From positions 1 through 36,070 of IMG/VR virus record IMGVR_UViG_3300033406_000369: a stretch of DNA of 36,070 nucleotides. The stretch is one strand, 5' to 3'. The position numbers and the translations under genes were made by a program. This DNA is from a virus (Duplodnaviria > Caudoviricetes). This document shows positions 9,601 to 18,734 of this stretch, in pieces (positions within the stretch are counted from its first letter, which is position 1; the number at the start of each line of letters is the position of its first letter). The notes under the pieces were generated by a model. That model was not told the DNA's origin. It worked only from the letters and a program-made list of their open reading frames with translations, and made no database searches.

Positions 9601-9869
9601 TCCATCTCACCAGGACGCCAGAGACCGGATGCGTCGCTCCCCATTGTCTGCGCGGCCCAACCGAGCAACTCTCGGCCGGTTGCCTTGCGGAAGGCCGACG
9701 TCAGCTCGTTCGCGGCCGTATCCTTGAAGCCGGCGTAAGTGGTCGCCCAATCGACCGTGCTCCAGCCGGCGCCGACAAAAGCATCCCAGCCGGTCAGCGG
9801 GGCTTCGGCCGGCCGTACGGCGTCGCGGCGGGCGATGGTCTCGGACCAAGCTGCATCCCAGGAGGTCAT
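6675..9869 (-). CDS. Polyvalent internal virion protein with DdrB-like ParB domain and RelA/SpoT-type nucleotidyltransferase domain
   Basis: Lies between two ejection genes. ParB-like: ITSHD...ELQPRDR...GAPVVGPDAVVESGNGR (about 8480-8905). RelA/SpoT-like: KIKDRATAEQK, DVVRG, GYVD, EVQ, HELYERWR (about 7220-7705). Confidence 0.8.
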   Translation of the reverse strand: MTSWDAAWSETIARRDAVRPAEAPLTGWDAFVGAGWSTVDWATTYAGFKDTAANELTSAFRKATGRELLGWAAQTMGSDASGLWRPGEMDVATTTKLARAIATLPEDQRKAIEPHIDVGARASELWRDHERRLSDASSRTYGLSANALAWSGWLAANVADPINVASMAIPTVKGVGLVASVGREAAINAGTEALEQGILQHDRAELGGEYSLGDAAFSIGLAGLIGGAAGGLRHRFEARAETPQAPATPKPDLSPQDVAAVARFQEARDLPAAGMPDARSAVAALDGEAMARAAIDSGQPLSSVADLPNLRGGEIVWGDGQSLKTRWQVIEADKLITSHDTSGTANPLFPPELQPRDRSRPASQAQIAEISANLNPRLLMDAPTAREGAPVVGPDAVVESGNGRVLGIREAFARVPDRAEAYRKELIDAGFGQAKDMKQPVLVRVRETELSPAERQAFTVEANRTATARLSASERAAVDAKVLSPEVLDAFAGGEAGQARNAAFARKALQRMATPEEMGDLVTADGYLSQAGADRLTAALVQRGFDAPDVVKSLYETIDPTSKAIIGAMSDTAPLAARVRQAAIDGRLSFDDPGRDVVEAYRLVERARKTGEPVAALLDQADIEHGDVRESVADAVRLFFHDDGLTVAAGREKVAERLQSLFRASLRAGDGPDLFGFEVTPRAAFAAAKIAGADIEDIAVIPVRSPGRAPGEAAFFEGVPERDMDALYAVAPMRQEELSAAGQEIANAVGVEYKAAKIKDRATAEQKMTRKGYQSTAELTDVVRGGFVVDTPAKADLVVEELARRFEVLDEGWAVASGGYVDRKVLVRFPDGTVGEVQLWEPHMLSAKKAGGHELYERWRLSEDAVERLALEDKMDRLYSAAAREAGSDWTNLDVSSGPNFGSNTSRQRSSGKTPAVWNTSASSTFDQSLPGARTAKASYDGFSSTAGRRSQLQNVTDDMGNASHEVDVSTGPEKSRKSTPSQEETALARREVSPHLTEQVEAGRAAQEDLRRLVDEVGDLELELDAPDGTTRKVTARQLLDEIDADAAVAAEFADCLIKNGVR
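6991..7236 (+). CDS. Nested antisense gene, putative immunity protein for the RelA/SpoT-type domain
   Basis: GAGAGG RBS 8 nt before the ATG, GC3-biased codons and a globular aromatic/acidic 81-aa product. The overlapping part of the host ORF reads as low-complexity Ser/Thr/Gly sequence. Confidence 0.7.
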   Translation: MSSVTFCNWDRRPAVLLKPSYEAFAVLAPGKDWSKVDEADVFHTAGVLPEERWREVFEPKFGPLDTSRFVQSEPASRAAAE

Positions 9870-12598
9870 TGGCTGCCAAGCCCCCGTCGCTGGAGCGGAG
9901 GAAGATCGGAAGGCGTTACCGGCGGGGGCTGGTTGCCGAGACCACCCGGTGCGCTTCGAACGAAACGCCCCCGCAAATCATTGAGCGCGGAGAAATCCAG
10001 CACGAGTGACCCACCGCTCCGCAGCGCGGTCGTCACTGGCCTGAGTTCGCCGCCTTGCGGCAGATAGACGCCGTAGACCGCACCGCCGAGCGACGTCGGT
10101 CGCAACACGGCATGATGGCGAAGAAACGCTGCGTCGTGGCGGTAACCACCAACGGCGAAGGCACCGCCGGCCGCCTTCAGGTCATCGTCGGTCAGGCTGT
10201 CGAACAGACCGGAGAAGCGCGAAACCGTCATGCCCTGTGGCGCCGGCACGTCGGCGCCGTTGATCCGGGTGAAACTGCCCGTCACCTTCTCGACGGCGGC
10301 CTGATAGGCGTCGGCGTCATGCTCGCCGAACAACGTCTCGCCCACCGCGCGATCGGCGACATAAACAGCCGTCGCCGCGTCGGCGATCGTCGCCTGTACG
10401 GTCGGCGGATAGGTGTCCGGTGCAAGGCGGCCAAGCGTGTCGGCGAGACCCTCCTTGATCGTGTCGGCCTTGGCTTTGACGTCCGGTAGCGCCATCAGCT
10501 CCTGGCCGCGGAAAATCTGCTCGGCGATCGCCGGCCGATCTTTGCCGACCAGGCCGGCGACAATCATCATGTGCGCCTCGGCGCCATTCGCCATTTGCTC
10601 GACGGCGCCGGTGAAAGCGCGGTCATCCATCGCGCGGGCCATGCCGGTCACAAATTCGGCCTTGCCGCCATTGCCGAGCTTCGACCAGTGATCTTTCACG
10701 GCTCCAAGCTCGGCCGCCTGGAACGGCTTCACCGGTGCGCCAAGGTAGGACGCGGCGAGGCCCGCCTGTTCACCTCGACGGGCGAAGGCCGTCTGGAACT
10801 GTGGCGACGACGGCGCGGCATCATAGGCAAGCGGCGTGGTCGCGACGCGCCCGGCGCGCACGGCCACCGATACCGGATCACTGTCGCGCTTCTGGTTGAT
10901 CTCCGACGACACGGCCCGCATGGCATCGAGCCGCATCTGCTCAACCGGCATCACCACCGGTGCCGCCGCAAGTCGCCCCTCCTCGGCCGATAGCGCCTGT
11001 TCGAGATCGCTCGGCGGCATCCGCCAGGCGCCCGCCACGAAGGGCGCGATCTGCTCGGCGCGGGCAAGCTCGCGGAGCTTCAAGGCGCTTGAGCTATCAC
11101 CGGCTGCGGCGGCCGTCGCCAGTGTCTGCTTGGTGGAGGCGATCAACGCCGGGTCGGCGGCATAGCCAGAGCCAAAGAGCTTGGTGATATCGCCGGCGTC
11201 GTCGCGGGAAATGGCTGCGAGGTCGAGCAGCGCCTTCCGTTCATCGGCCTTGTCGGACTTCAGCTTGTCGAACCAAGCACTTTCAGCGCGGAAACGTCCC
11301 GTCGCCGATAGGGTCGAGCCCATGGGCTGCCCCAAGCGACCGAAGACGCTGCGGACATAATCCGCCGTCTCGCTGACCGGAATGACGGACGCGAATTCCT
11401 CGGCGGTGAACGCCGGCCCAAAGCGGCGCACCGCTTCGTCACGCCAGGCCGTCGCACGAGGGAGCTTGTCGTTGCCGGGCCCGGCGTTATAGGCCGCGAG
11501 CGCGACGGCCACGTTACCGTCGTAGCGATCGAGCAGCCCCTGAAAATAGGTGAGCCCGATCCGCCGATTAAGGTCGGGATCACTGAGAAGGCGCGCCTTC
11601 AGCCCTTGATCGTCGAGACCGGCGATATCATCGAGCCCCATCTGCCGGGCAACGCCGCGCGCCGTATCGGGCATGAGTTGAGCGACGCCAAGCGCACCCA
11701 TGGGGCTTTCAGCGCTTGCCTTACCGCCGCTTTCTTGTGGGATCACGCCACGGTCGAAAATCCAGGTCGCGGTGCCGCCATCGCGCACCCGGCCAATCGC
11801 GCCCAAACTCGACCGATCGTCGCCTGCACGAATGCCGGCGAGCGTCTGTTCCTCAAGCGCCGCATCGGCGCTCGAAAGGTAGCGCTGCCGGTCGAATGGA
11901 TCGAGCGCACCAAAGTTGGCCGGATCGGACAGGAGGGCCTTGGCTCTATTCGGATCGGTGCGGATCAACTCCAGCACCGCGCCCTGTTCGGTCGTGGCGC
12001 GGAAGGTGAGCTTGCGCTGTTGGGCCTGGACGGGCGTCAACAGGCCGGTGTTGGCGAGCCCATCAATGGCCTTGTCGCGATCGCCCATGATCGCCTGGCG
12101 TTCGGCATCGGAGCCTGCGGCGCCATAGCGGCGGAAATAGCTCTGGTCGGCAACGTCGAGGTTGGCGACCGCTGTCGAGGCTTCATTGCTGCGGGCAGAG
12201 CCATGCACCGCGCCACGGGCGGCGATCGACTGCCGCTCGAAATCAAAGCCCAGCGCTTCCCGCTCGCGCGGGTCGCTGACCATGTCGAGCGCTTCCTGTC
12301 GGAGCTGTGCCTCGGCGCTGGCAAATTCGCCGGGAGCGTTCTTGAAATCGGGGCTCTCGGTCCATTTGGTCTGAAGCTCGTCGAGCCCCTTCAGATAATG
12401 CGCCCGAGCGCCGATGCCTTCCGAGCCGTCGCGAAGCTGCTTGTTATAGTCGGCCACGCGGCCGACTGCCTCGCCCAAGCCGAAAACAGCCTGTCCCAAC
12501 GAACCAAGGCCCCGCCCGATAGCATCGGCCGGCTGAATGGTTGGCATCTGACCCGGGCCGGGCGGGGCGACTTGCGACTGGTAGACGGGTGCCGGCAT
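9866..12598 (-). CDS. Internal virion protein with lytic transglycosylase (SLT) domain
   Basis: QESGG...GALGVAQLMPDTA...ALAAYNAGPG...ETADYV SLT motifs in a 910-aa helical protein. Confidence 0.88.
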   Translation of the reverse strand: MPAPVYQSQVAPPGPGQMPTIQPADAIGRGLGSLGQAVFGLGEAVGRVADYNKQLRDGSEGIGARAHYLKGLDELQTKWTESPDFKNAPGEFASAEAQLRQEALDMVSDPREREALGFDFERQSIAARGAVHGSARSNEASTAVANLDVADQSYFRRYGAAGSDAERQAIMGDRDKAIDGLANTGLLTPVQAQQRKLTFRATTEQGAVLELIRTDPNRAKALLSDPANFGALDPFDRQRYLSSADAALEEQTLAGIRAGDDRSSLGAIGRVRDGGTATWIFDRGVIPQESGGKASAESPMGALGVAQLMPDTARGVARQMGLDDIAGLDDQGLKARLLSDPDLNRRIGLTYFQGLLDRYDGNVAVALAAYNAGPGNDKLPRATAWRDEAVRRFGPAFTAEEFASVIPVSETADYVRSVFGRLGQPMGSTLSATGRFRAESAWFDKLKSDKADERKALLDLAAISRDDAGDITKLFGSGYAADPALIASTKQTLATAAAAGDSSSALKLRELARAEQIAPFVAGAWRMPPSDLEQALSAEEGRLAAAPVVMPVEQMRLDAMRAVSSEINQKRDSDPVSVAVRAGRVATTPLAYDAAPSSPQFQTAFARRGEQAGLAASYLGAPVKPFQAAELGAVKDHWSKLGNGGKAEFVTGMARAMDDRAFTGAVEQMANGAEAHMMIVAGLVGKDRPAIAEQIFRGQELMALPDVKAKADTIKEGLADTLGRLAPDTYPPTVQATIADAATAVYVADRAVGETLFGEHDADAYQAAVEKVTGSFTRINGADVPAPQGMTVSRFSGLFDSLTDDDLKAAGGAFAVGGYRHDAAFLRHHAVLRPTSLGGAVYGVYLPQGGELRPVTTALRSGGSLVLDFSALNDLRGRFVRSAPGGLGNQPPPVTPSDLPPLQRRGLGSQ

Positions 12599-12599
12599 A

Positions 12600-13163
12600 T
12601 CACGTAATCCCGAAAGGACTGCTGGTGTCGAAATAGCCGTCGCCGTAAGCCGCGCCTGGCAGTCTCATCGCACCGCCGGTCGCCTTGCCGGCGGACGGCG
12701 TCGCATGCAGGGATTGCCACTGAAACGCCTGGGTGCCGGCGTTGAGCATGGTGGTCGCAGCGCCGAAGATGCCGGAAAACATCGCTTGCTTGGCTTGGCG
12801 TTTGTAGTTGGCCTCTTCGACGCGGTAACCGGTCGCATCGCGTACGGCGCCGTAGCGGGTCAAGAGCGCGTCGACCTCACCGGCGGCGGCAGAATTGGCG
12901 GCGAGCACCACCGGCGAGCCCACGGTGGGGTCAAGACCACTCGACGCGAAATAGCTCTGCTGTCCACCGAGTACGCCCGCAACGTCGCGGCGGATTTCCT
13001 GTTCCTTGTAAGCGCCCTGCGCCAACGCCAAGTCGGAGTTCTGCCGCGCCATTTGCGCCTGCACCTTGGCCGCCTTGGACTGCTCGACGCCGGTCATGAT
13101 CTGGCCGGCGCCGGAGAGAACACCGCCGCCGATCATCAGGGCGGTAACGGGATCGACGCACAT
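12600..13163 (-). CDS. Small internal virion protein (T7 gp14-like)
   Basis: MCVDPVT start, Gly/Ala-rich hydrophobic segments and coiled coil; follows tail tube B. Confidence 0.75.
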   Translation of the reverse strand: MCVDPVTALMIGGGVLSGAGQIMTGVEQSKAAKVQAQMARQNSDLALAQGAYKEQEIRRDVAGVLGGQQSYFASSGLDPTVGSPVVLAANSAAAGEVDALLTRYGAVRDATGYRVEEANYKRQAKQAMFSGIFGAATTMLNAGTQAFQWQSLHATPSAGKATGGAMRLPGAAYGDGYFDTSSPFGIT

Positions 13164-15358
13164 CAGCCGCCCTCCATGTGAACCGTGAGGTCAGGCGAAA
13201 GACCAATCAGGGTGAACGGCAGGCAGCCGTCGCAAGTCAGCTCGATCGCCAGTTCCTCGCCCTCGGGCGCCTCGGCGGTCACCCAGACGCCACCGGTCTT
13301 GAGCGCCACGGATTTGTTCGGCTCGCCTGCCCAAGGAACAGTGATCGGCTCGGCCGGCCCGCCGTTGATCGACACGGCGCCGCCTGCGCTCTCGTACATC
13401 TCGACGTAGACGTGGGCCGCCTGCTTGCTCTCGCCCTTGGTGCTGCCCCGCTGGGTCATCATCTCGAAAGGTAGCGTCTTCGCCCTTGCGACGATTGGCA
13501 GACCAACAACGACATGCGAGGCGGGCCGCGTCAGTGCGATCTTGCCGCCGGCCACGGTCGGCCGTTCCTTGCGTTCACCGCCGTCCGCGAACACAACAAC
13601 CGCCTGTCCTTCCAGGTGGTCGAGGCCGGAAAGCTCGGTCACCGGCGCGCCCTGATACTCCAGGCCGCTATCGACGAACCAGGCACCGGCGGCCCTGAGA
13701 TCGTCGGGGTCCTCGGCGTCGAAGAAGATTTGCAGGATTTCCAGATAGCGCCGCGTCGCGCCCGCGATCTGACGGCGGACGATGAACCACAGCTCATGCA
13801 CCGTCGTGTCGGCCGACCGGATGGCCGCCATATCCTCGACGAAGCCGCCCGCGAATATCTGCCGCTGCCAGCCAACCACCTTTTCGCTCGGCATCCAGGT
13901 CAAGGTGCCGAGCGTGCCATTGGCAAGCCGCACCCAGACGGTGCGATGCGGGTCGCGCTGATAGGCAAAGCCCTCGGCGCCGGGCTTGAGGATATGGCCG
14001 GCGTAGACGGAGGGCTCGACCGTGTTGAGCTTTTCCGTCAACCGGTCGAGTTCGGTGAAGTGTATCCGCCGCCGGCTCGATCCGATGAACAGCACGCCGC
14101 CGTCGACCATCAGCGGGACGTGCCAGGCCGAGCCCTCCGAACCATCAGGCAACGCGCGAATCTTGCTCTGGTCGCTCAAGGGATCGGTCGACGACGAGCC
14201 GCGTATCTGCCACTCGCCGTCCGCCGTTCCGGCCACGACGCCACCGGCCGGCACCGCCCACTGAATGTCGACGAGGGAGCCGTCGGGCGAGGCGAGCCGA
14301 CCGGACAGGGAAGACGCGGCCGTGTCGTCGATCTGGAACGAGAAATAGTCGCCGGCATAGGTCAGCCACCACTCATCGCCGCGCGACCAGAACAGCCGCT
14401 GATCGACCTTGCGGATGCTGTCGGGCCATCCACGCACATCCGACCAGGCCGCCTCGAACCAGCGATAGGTTGGCGAGGTGAAAAGACTGTCCGGAACAGG
14501 GGAATAGGCCGTCACCTTGGCAACGGTCTCCGAGACCACCTCGGTAATCCGGACGTGGCATTGACCGTTGTGGAGATATCTCCAGCGCGCCTTGCCATTG
14601 CCGGACGTCACCTCCCCCTCGGTGTGGGTCGGCGCATTGGCGCCAGAGTTCACCGGGCCATTGACGCACATGTAGACATAGCCACCGAAGCGACGTTGAG
14701 CACCGGTCGGCACGTTTTCTTCCAACGCCAACCAGGTCGGCACGCTATCGAGGGTCGGCTCGTCGATCCGCCAGAGCGAGCCGACGTGTCCAGCCTTGAA
14801 GGTCGCTTTGCTCGCCGTGACGGTGAAGGACGAGTCTGCCCGCGCGGAACAAGCGAGGGTCCATGCCTTGTCGATGTTCTGAAGCCGATAGGGGCCATAG
14901 CTCTGTTCGTAGCCCGCAAGGCTCCAGTCGGTGGGACCGTTGCGGACAATCTGCCGGGGCGACAATCCCTTGCAGCCAAGAAACACCACATCGACGCTTT
15001 GCGCGTAGCGGATGTTTGCAAGATCGGCCTCACCGTAGGGAAAGCCGGCCAGCGTGTACGGCGCGCCATCGGCAAGCAGATAGCCGGTCAACCTGGCAAC
15101 CCGCATCGTCCCGGCGTTGATGACAAGCACGGCCTGGTCGTCGTTGCCGGCCTTGAACGGGATGAGCAAGCCCTTCTGGCTCTGGTCGATCAGGGCCTCG
15201 GCGAAGCGCGTTCCCGGCCGGCGGGTGATGCCGCGTTGGGCGACGCCGACGAAGTTTTCGATGCGGGCAAGACCCGTCTGCGATTTGTCGAGATCGTAGG
15301 CGGCCCGTAGTAGCGGCGTGATCTCGCCACCGGCGAAAGAGATCTTGTCGACGATCAT
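13163..15358 (-). CDS. Tail tubular protein B / nozzle (T7 gp12-like)
   Basis: Start MIVDKISFAGGEITP at 15358 (ATGA coupling); RRPGTRF motif; beta-rich 731 aa; GLDHLEGQ.V.VFADG. Confidence 0.85.
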   Translation of the reverse strand: MIVDKISFAGGEITPLLRAAYDLDKSQTGLARIENFVGVAQRGITRRPGTRFAEALIDQSQKGLLIPFKAGNDDQAVLVINAGTMRVARLTGYLLADGAPYTLAGFPYGEADLANIRYAQSVDVVFLGCKGLSPRQIVRNGPTDWSLAGYEQSYGPYRLQNIDKAWTLACSARADSSFTVTASKATFKAGHVGSLWRIDEPTLDSVPTWLALEENVPTGAQRRFGGYVYMCVNGPVNSGANAPTHTEGEVTSGNGKARWRYLHNGQCHVRITEVVSETVAKVTAYSPVPDSLFTSPTYRWFEAAWSDVRGWPDSIRKVDQRLFWSRGDEWWLTYAGDYFSFQIDDTAASSLSGRLASPDGSLVDIQWAVPAGGVVAGTADGEWQIRGSSSTDPLSDQSKIRALPDGSEGSAWHVPLMVDGGVLFIGSSRRRIHFTELDRLTEKLNTVEPSVYAGHILKPGAEGFAYQRDPHRTVWVRLANGTLGTLTWMPSEKVVGWQRQIFAGGFVEDMAAIRSADTTVHELWFIVRRQIAGATRRYLEILQIFFDAEDPDDLRAAGAWFVDSGLEYQGAPVTELSGLDHLEGQAVVVFADGGERKERPTVAGGKIALTRPASHVVVGLPIVARAKTLPFEMMTQRGSTKGESKQAAHVYVEMYESAGGAVSINGGPAEPITVPWAGEPNKSVALKTGGVWVTAEAPEGEELAIELTCDGCLPFTLIGLSPDLTVHMEGG

Positions 15359-15963
15359 CGACGCCTCGCGGAAATCCAGGAGGTGGTGCGGCTGACCTGG
15401 GAGGTGGAGCGCTCGCGGGCGTCGTTGCGCTTGGCTTCCGGAAGCATTTCGCCGGCCACCTGGTGCGCGCGGTTGGCGGCCGTGCTCGACCGGGTGCATT
15501 GCGGTGCGCAGGCCTCGGCGAGTTGCTGCACAAAGATAAGTGTGAATTCAGCATTCCAGCGAATTGGCTCGGTCACCCGTCGCGTGAATAGAACGAGCGG
15601 CGCCTCGGCAACCGTGTCGAGGTAGCGGACGAGTGGAGCGTCGGCGGAGCCAGCCGCAGAGACTGCCCACTCGTCCGCTTCGAGCCCGAGAACCGAACGG
15701 ACGGCGAGGCAGTCTTCCGGCAGCAGATAGCGGCGGGTGAAAGGCTGTTCCGGCGCCTCTGGCGATGCCGCGAGCGTCGCTTGCGCCGAAGCGAAATTCC
15801 AATCGGTCTTCTTGAGCAAGGCATCCCGGAGCGTTCCGAAATGCCGCTTCACTACCCTCGCCGCCGTTCGCGCCTCGTCGAAGGAACTGAGCGCTGTCAC
15901 CCCGATCAGGGACAACGCCGCATTGGCTGCATCGAGCTCGGTCGCGATCGGCGGCAGGGCCAT
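15355..15963 (-). CDS. Tail tubular protein A / adaptor (T7 gp11-like)
   Basis: TELDAANAALSLIG...WNFA...YLLPEDCL motifs; position in the gene order. Confidence 0.85.
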   Translation of the reverse strand: MALPPIATELDAANAALSLIGVTALSSFDEARTAARVVKRHFGTLRDALLKKTDWNFASAQATLAASPEAPEQPFTRRYLLPEDCLAVRSVLGLEADEWAVSAAGSADAPLVRYLDTVAEAPLVLFTRRVTEPIRWNAEFTLIFVQQLAEACAPQCTRSSTAANRAHQVAGEMLPEAKRNDARERSTSQVSRTTSWISARRR

Positions 15964-15966
15964 GGC

Positions 15967-16170
15967 TTAGGCGTCCTTCGCGGTTGCCGCCTCAACGGCG
16001 GCCGCCAGTTCGGCAACGAGGCCGGCAAGGTCGCGGATGGTGTCGGAACCAGCCGCGAAGGGATTGGCGTCGAGTCGATCGAGGATCAGCGCGGCACGGC
16101 CGGAAACCGTTGTCGGGGCTTCCGGCTCGGCGGCGGGAGCGTCGGTTGCGGCTTGGGTCTTGTCTGTCAT
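15967..16170 (-). CDS. Small hypothetical virion-associated protein
   Basis: RBS (GAGGGG) and tight packing between neighbouring genes. Confidence 0.6.
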   Translation of the reverse strand: MTDKTQAATDAPAAEPEAPTTVSGRAALILDRLDANPFAAGSDTIRDLAGLVAELAAAVEAATAKDA

Positions 16171-16179
16171 GGTCGCCCC

Positions 16180-16659
16180 TCAACGCAGATCGACGAAGGG
16201 CAACGCGAAATGCACCGTGCCGGCGCCGGTCACTGCCGTGTTGCAGGTGAAAACGAGATCGAGTTCGCGCGCCGGGTCAGTGGCGTAGCCGGCGAGCTGC
16301 CAGACACGTTTGGCAAGATCGGCCGCCGCGACCGACATCAGCGGGTTTTTGGTGGCCGCCGCGTTGAACGCCTGCGCGTTGATCAGTGCGTTCGCTGCGT
16401 TGGCGCCGGGCGCCGAGTCGAAGCCGATCGAACCGCTTGTGAGACCGGCAAGCGCCTCATGGGTAACGAGGCCGATCGGCAGCAAGATCGCCGACGAAGC
16501 GATCTTGCCGAGAAACACCTTGCTCGCCGCGTCATCGCCGACGGCAAGCTGGAAAGAGCCGGTGATGATGCGCATGGGATTGCCGCGATAGATCGCCAGC
16601 GGCTGCTTGAAAGTGCTCGGGTCGGGATAGCCCTGAGCATACTTGACGTTGACGGACAT
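16180..16659 (-). CDS. Putative capsid decoration/cement protein
   Basis: AGGAGG RBS; 159-aa beta-rich protein immediately after the major capsid gene. Confidence 0.6.
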   Translation of the reverse strand: MSVNVKYAQGYPDPSTFKQPLAIYRGNPMRIITGSFQLAVGDDAASKVFLGKIASSAILLPIGLVTHEALAGLTSGSIGFDSAPGANAANALINAQAFNAAATKNPLMSVAAADLAKRVWQLAGYATDPARELDLVFTCNTAVTGAGTVHFALPFVDLR

Positions 16660-16726
16660 GGCCGCCTCCTGAAGTCACGAGGAAAAGGGGGAAAGGCCGC
16701 CGGCACCAAGACCGGCGAACGAAGCA

Positions 16727-17644
16727 TCAGGGCTCAAGGCAGTCGATGTAGATGACCTTGCCGTTCTCGCCGCGCGTCGCGCCGAACCACTCTTCCATGT
16801 AGGCCTGGACGCGGAATTTCTTCTGCGGGTTCCTGTCCATCTGGGTGGTCAGCGGGTCGAACTCGGCATAGTGCATGCCGCTCTTCACCCAGAGCGGGCA
16901 GCGCCGCTGCTTGGCTGTTCCATTGGTCGGCAGCTTCTGATCGCGAACAAAGGTAATCGGCCCGAAGCTCGCCACCCGCTGCCGCTCGGTATCCAGCACG
17001 GCCTTATCGCGATAGTCCTTCGACGTGTACTGAAGCAGGTTGTAGAGCTGGTTTTCCTGCTTGGCGCCGATCGCCATGGCGATGATATCGCGCTCCATAT
17101 CGACTTCGTTGGCAGCAAGAAGCGTGATGGCGTAATTCAGCTTCTCGATCGTGATGCCGGAATTCACCGCCGCTCCGTTTGCCACGTAGCCAACAGGCAC
17201 GAGGTTGAAATCGGCGGTCAGTGCCAGCGCTTCCGACGAAGTACCGTCCTGGCCGATCAAGCGTGGACCGAAGAACGACTGGCGAAGAATGGAATCCTCG
17301 CCGCGCGCGATGGCAGCGGCGCCGGTTTGAACATAGGTCGACGTATAGTCGGTCATGTTCTTGACCTGGTCTTCCTTCTCGACAAGCTTGCCCCATTCGA
17401 GCTGTCGGGGCTTCATCCACGTGTCTTCGAGGCTGCCCTCAATGGCCGGCGTGTCGCCGCCACGGGCACCGTCGATGATGGCCTCTTCGCTGCCGAAAAT
17501 TTCGATCGCCAGGGCAACACGCCCCTTAAGATTGGGCTGGAATGTGAAGTAGTCGCGATAGCGGGAACGCTTCTGCTGAAGCGCAAGAGTGACGTTTTCC
17601 TGGTAGCCGACGCGCTGTGCGTCGGTGATAGGACCAAAGGCCAT
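16727..17644 (-). CDS. Major capsid protein
   Basis: 305 aa; LALQQKRSR near the N-terminus and FGATRGENGKVIYIDC at the C-terminus, typical of HK97-fold podovirus capsids; GGAG RBS. Confidence 0.85.
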   Translation of the reverse strand: MAFGPITDAQRVGYQENVTLALQQKRSRYRDYFTFQPNLKGRVALAIEIFGSEEAIIDGARGGDTPAIEGSLEDTWMKPRQLEWGKLVEKEDQVKNMTDYTSTYVQTGAAAIARGEDSILRQSFFGPRLIGQDGTSSEALALTADFNLVPVGYVANGAAVNSGITIEKLNYAITLLAANEVDMERDIIAMAIGAKQENQLYNLLQYTSKDYRDKAVLDTERQRVASFGPITFVRDQKLPTNGTAKQRRCPLWVKSGMHYAEFDPLTTQMDRNPQKKFRVQAYMEEWFGATRGENGKVIYIDCLEP

Positions 17645-17858
17645 AGCCGTAGGCTCCGGACGAAAGGAACACTGATGAGGGGTTCGTTTCGGCGAAGGTG
17701 CGGCTGATCACCCTTTCGGGCTCTGGCGGGCAACGCCTGTCGTTTTACGCCTGCGGTCGGCGGTCGCGGTAACGGCGCGACACCCGGACGGGCAAGGGGC
17801 ACGGACCCAAGGTGCAGTCAATTATCGGCGCGAAGCAGCGCGCCGCCGTGCTAATAAA

Positions 17859-17887
17859 AAATTACAACAAGCCGAGTTGGCGTGCAA
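17859..17887 (-). promoter_or_regulatory. Sigma70-like promoter for the capsid/tail operon
   Basis: Minus strand TTGCAC-N17-TAATTT, about 210 nt upstream of the capsid ATG. Confidence 0.5.
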
Positions 17888-17956
17888 CAGGCGTTTGTTT
17901 TTGCCTTTCTGAAAATCGCATTACGCCCTGTCAACGATCAGAGTAATCAGAATAGA

Positions 17957-17978
17957 ATAGCTACTCTGTAGTAGCTAT
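17957..17978. promoter_or_regulatory. Palindromic operator-like site upstream of the AT-rich accessory gene
   Basis: ATAGCTACT-ctgt-AGTAGCTAT. Confidence 0.45.
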
Positions 17979-18002
17979 ATAGAATCCAAGGAAGGATAGA
18001 AA

Positions 18003-18683
18003 ATGAATACGCTTCAGCTTCCATCCCCGGCCTACAACGCACAGGCGATGACCGAAATATCCGCAGCAATAGTCAGCGATTTTCTAACCTGTATAATTCC
18101 AGGCGCCTCAACAGTAGCAAAGCTTATAGAACTGTATACAAAGAGCAGGCTAGAATCTGCGCAAAAAATACTAATAGAGCGCATCCGTCAAGGTGAAGTA
18201 AATATCGAATTCGATCCAGAATATGAAAATATAATTCCGAATTTTTTCAGTTATTTTCATGCCGCCCAGGAGGGAGAGACAAATAGAGTTCTATGTATAC
18301 TTTCTGATTTACTCATTGGGAACTCAAGCACAACTAACTCAGACTCCGGCTTTATCAAAAGATCATCTCGTCGACTCGCAGGTATGAATCAGGATGATAT
18401 AGCCTTTCTTGCCACGATAGAAAGCGTCTTTGAATGGAAATATCCTGGCAAGGAAAATAACACCTATCAGTTCATAGATGATAGCGACGTCACCAGCCAC
18501 AGATCTAGGACATACGTCGCGCCAGAGCAAAGTATTAATAGCAATCTGTCAGATTTGGCTTCAAGGGGGCTGCTATATCTCGGGGGAGATCCAGAGACTA
18601 TTGGCGGCATAAATTACTACAGATCAACCTATTTCTACGAAGTAATAGATTCCGCTACCAAATTTTCATCTATCAAGATTTAA
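18003..18683 (+). CDS. AT-rich accessory protein (possibly Abi-alpha-like)
   Basis: AAGGAAGGA RBS, much lower GC than the phage core, opposite strand to the late genes; helical N-terminal part and wHTH-like C-terminus (LSDLASRGLL). Family call is weak. Confidence 0.7.
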   Translation: MNTLQLPSPAYNAQAMTEISAAIVSDFLTCIIPGASTVAKLIELYTKSRLESAQKILIERIRQGEVNIEFDPEYENIIPNFFSYFHAAQEGETNRVLCILSDLLIGNSSTTNSDSGFIKRSSRRLAGMNQDDIAFLATIESVFEWKYPGKENNTYQFIDDSDVTSHRSRTYVAPEQSINSNLSDLASRGLLYLGGDPETIGGINYYRSTYFYEVIDSATKFSSIKI

Positions 18684-18688
18684 CTAAT

Positions 18689-18725
18689 ATCTAGACCGGC
18701 ATTTATTTAGAATGCCGGTCTAGAT
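18689..18725. terminator. Hairpin between convergent genes, probable bidirectional terminator
   Basis: Perfect 15-bp stem ATCTAGACCGGCATT / AATGCCGGTCTAGAT with a 7-nt loop. Confidence 0.75.
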
Positions 18726-18734
18726 GACTATTTT

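Noticed and set aside
16660-16732. CCC-TGA at the capsid end as a +1 frameshift fusing capsid to the decoration protein
   Set aside because: The +1 frame is in frame with the next gene, but a TGA intervenes after 17 codons, so no fusion results. At most it gives a short extension.
17655-17700. CTGATGAG with nearby CGAAA suggesting a hammerhead ribozyme
   Set aside because: Only 6 nt separate GAAA from CTGATGA, and no GAAA follows a stem II, so the core cannot form.
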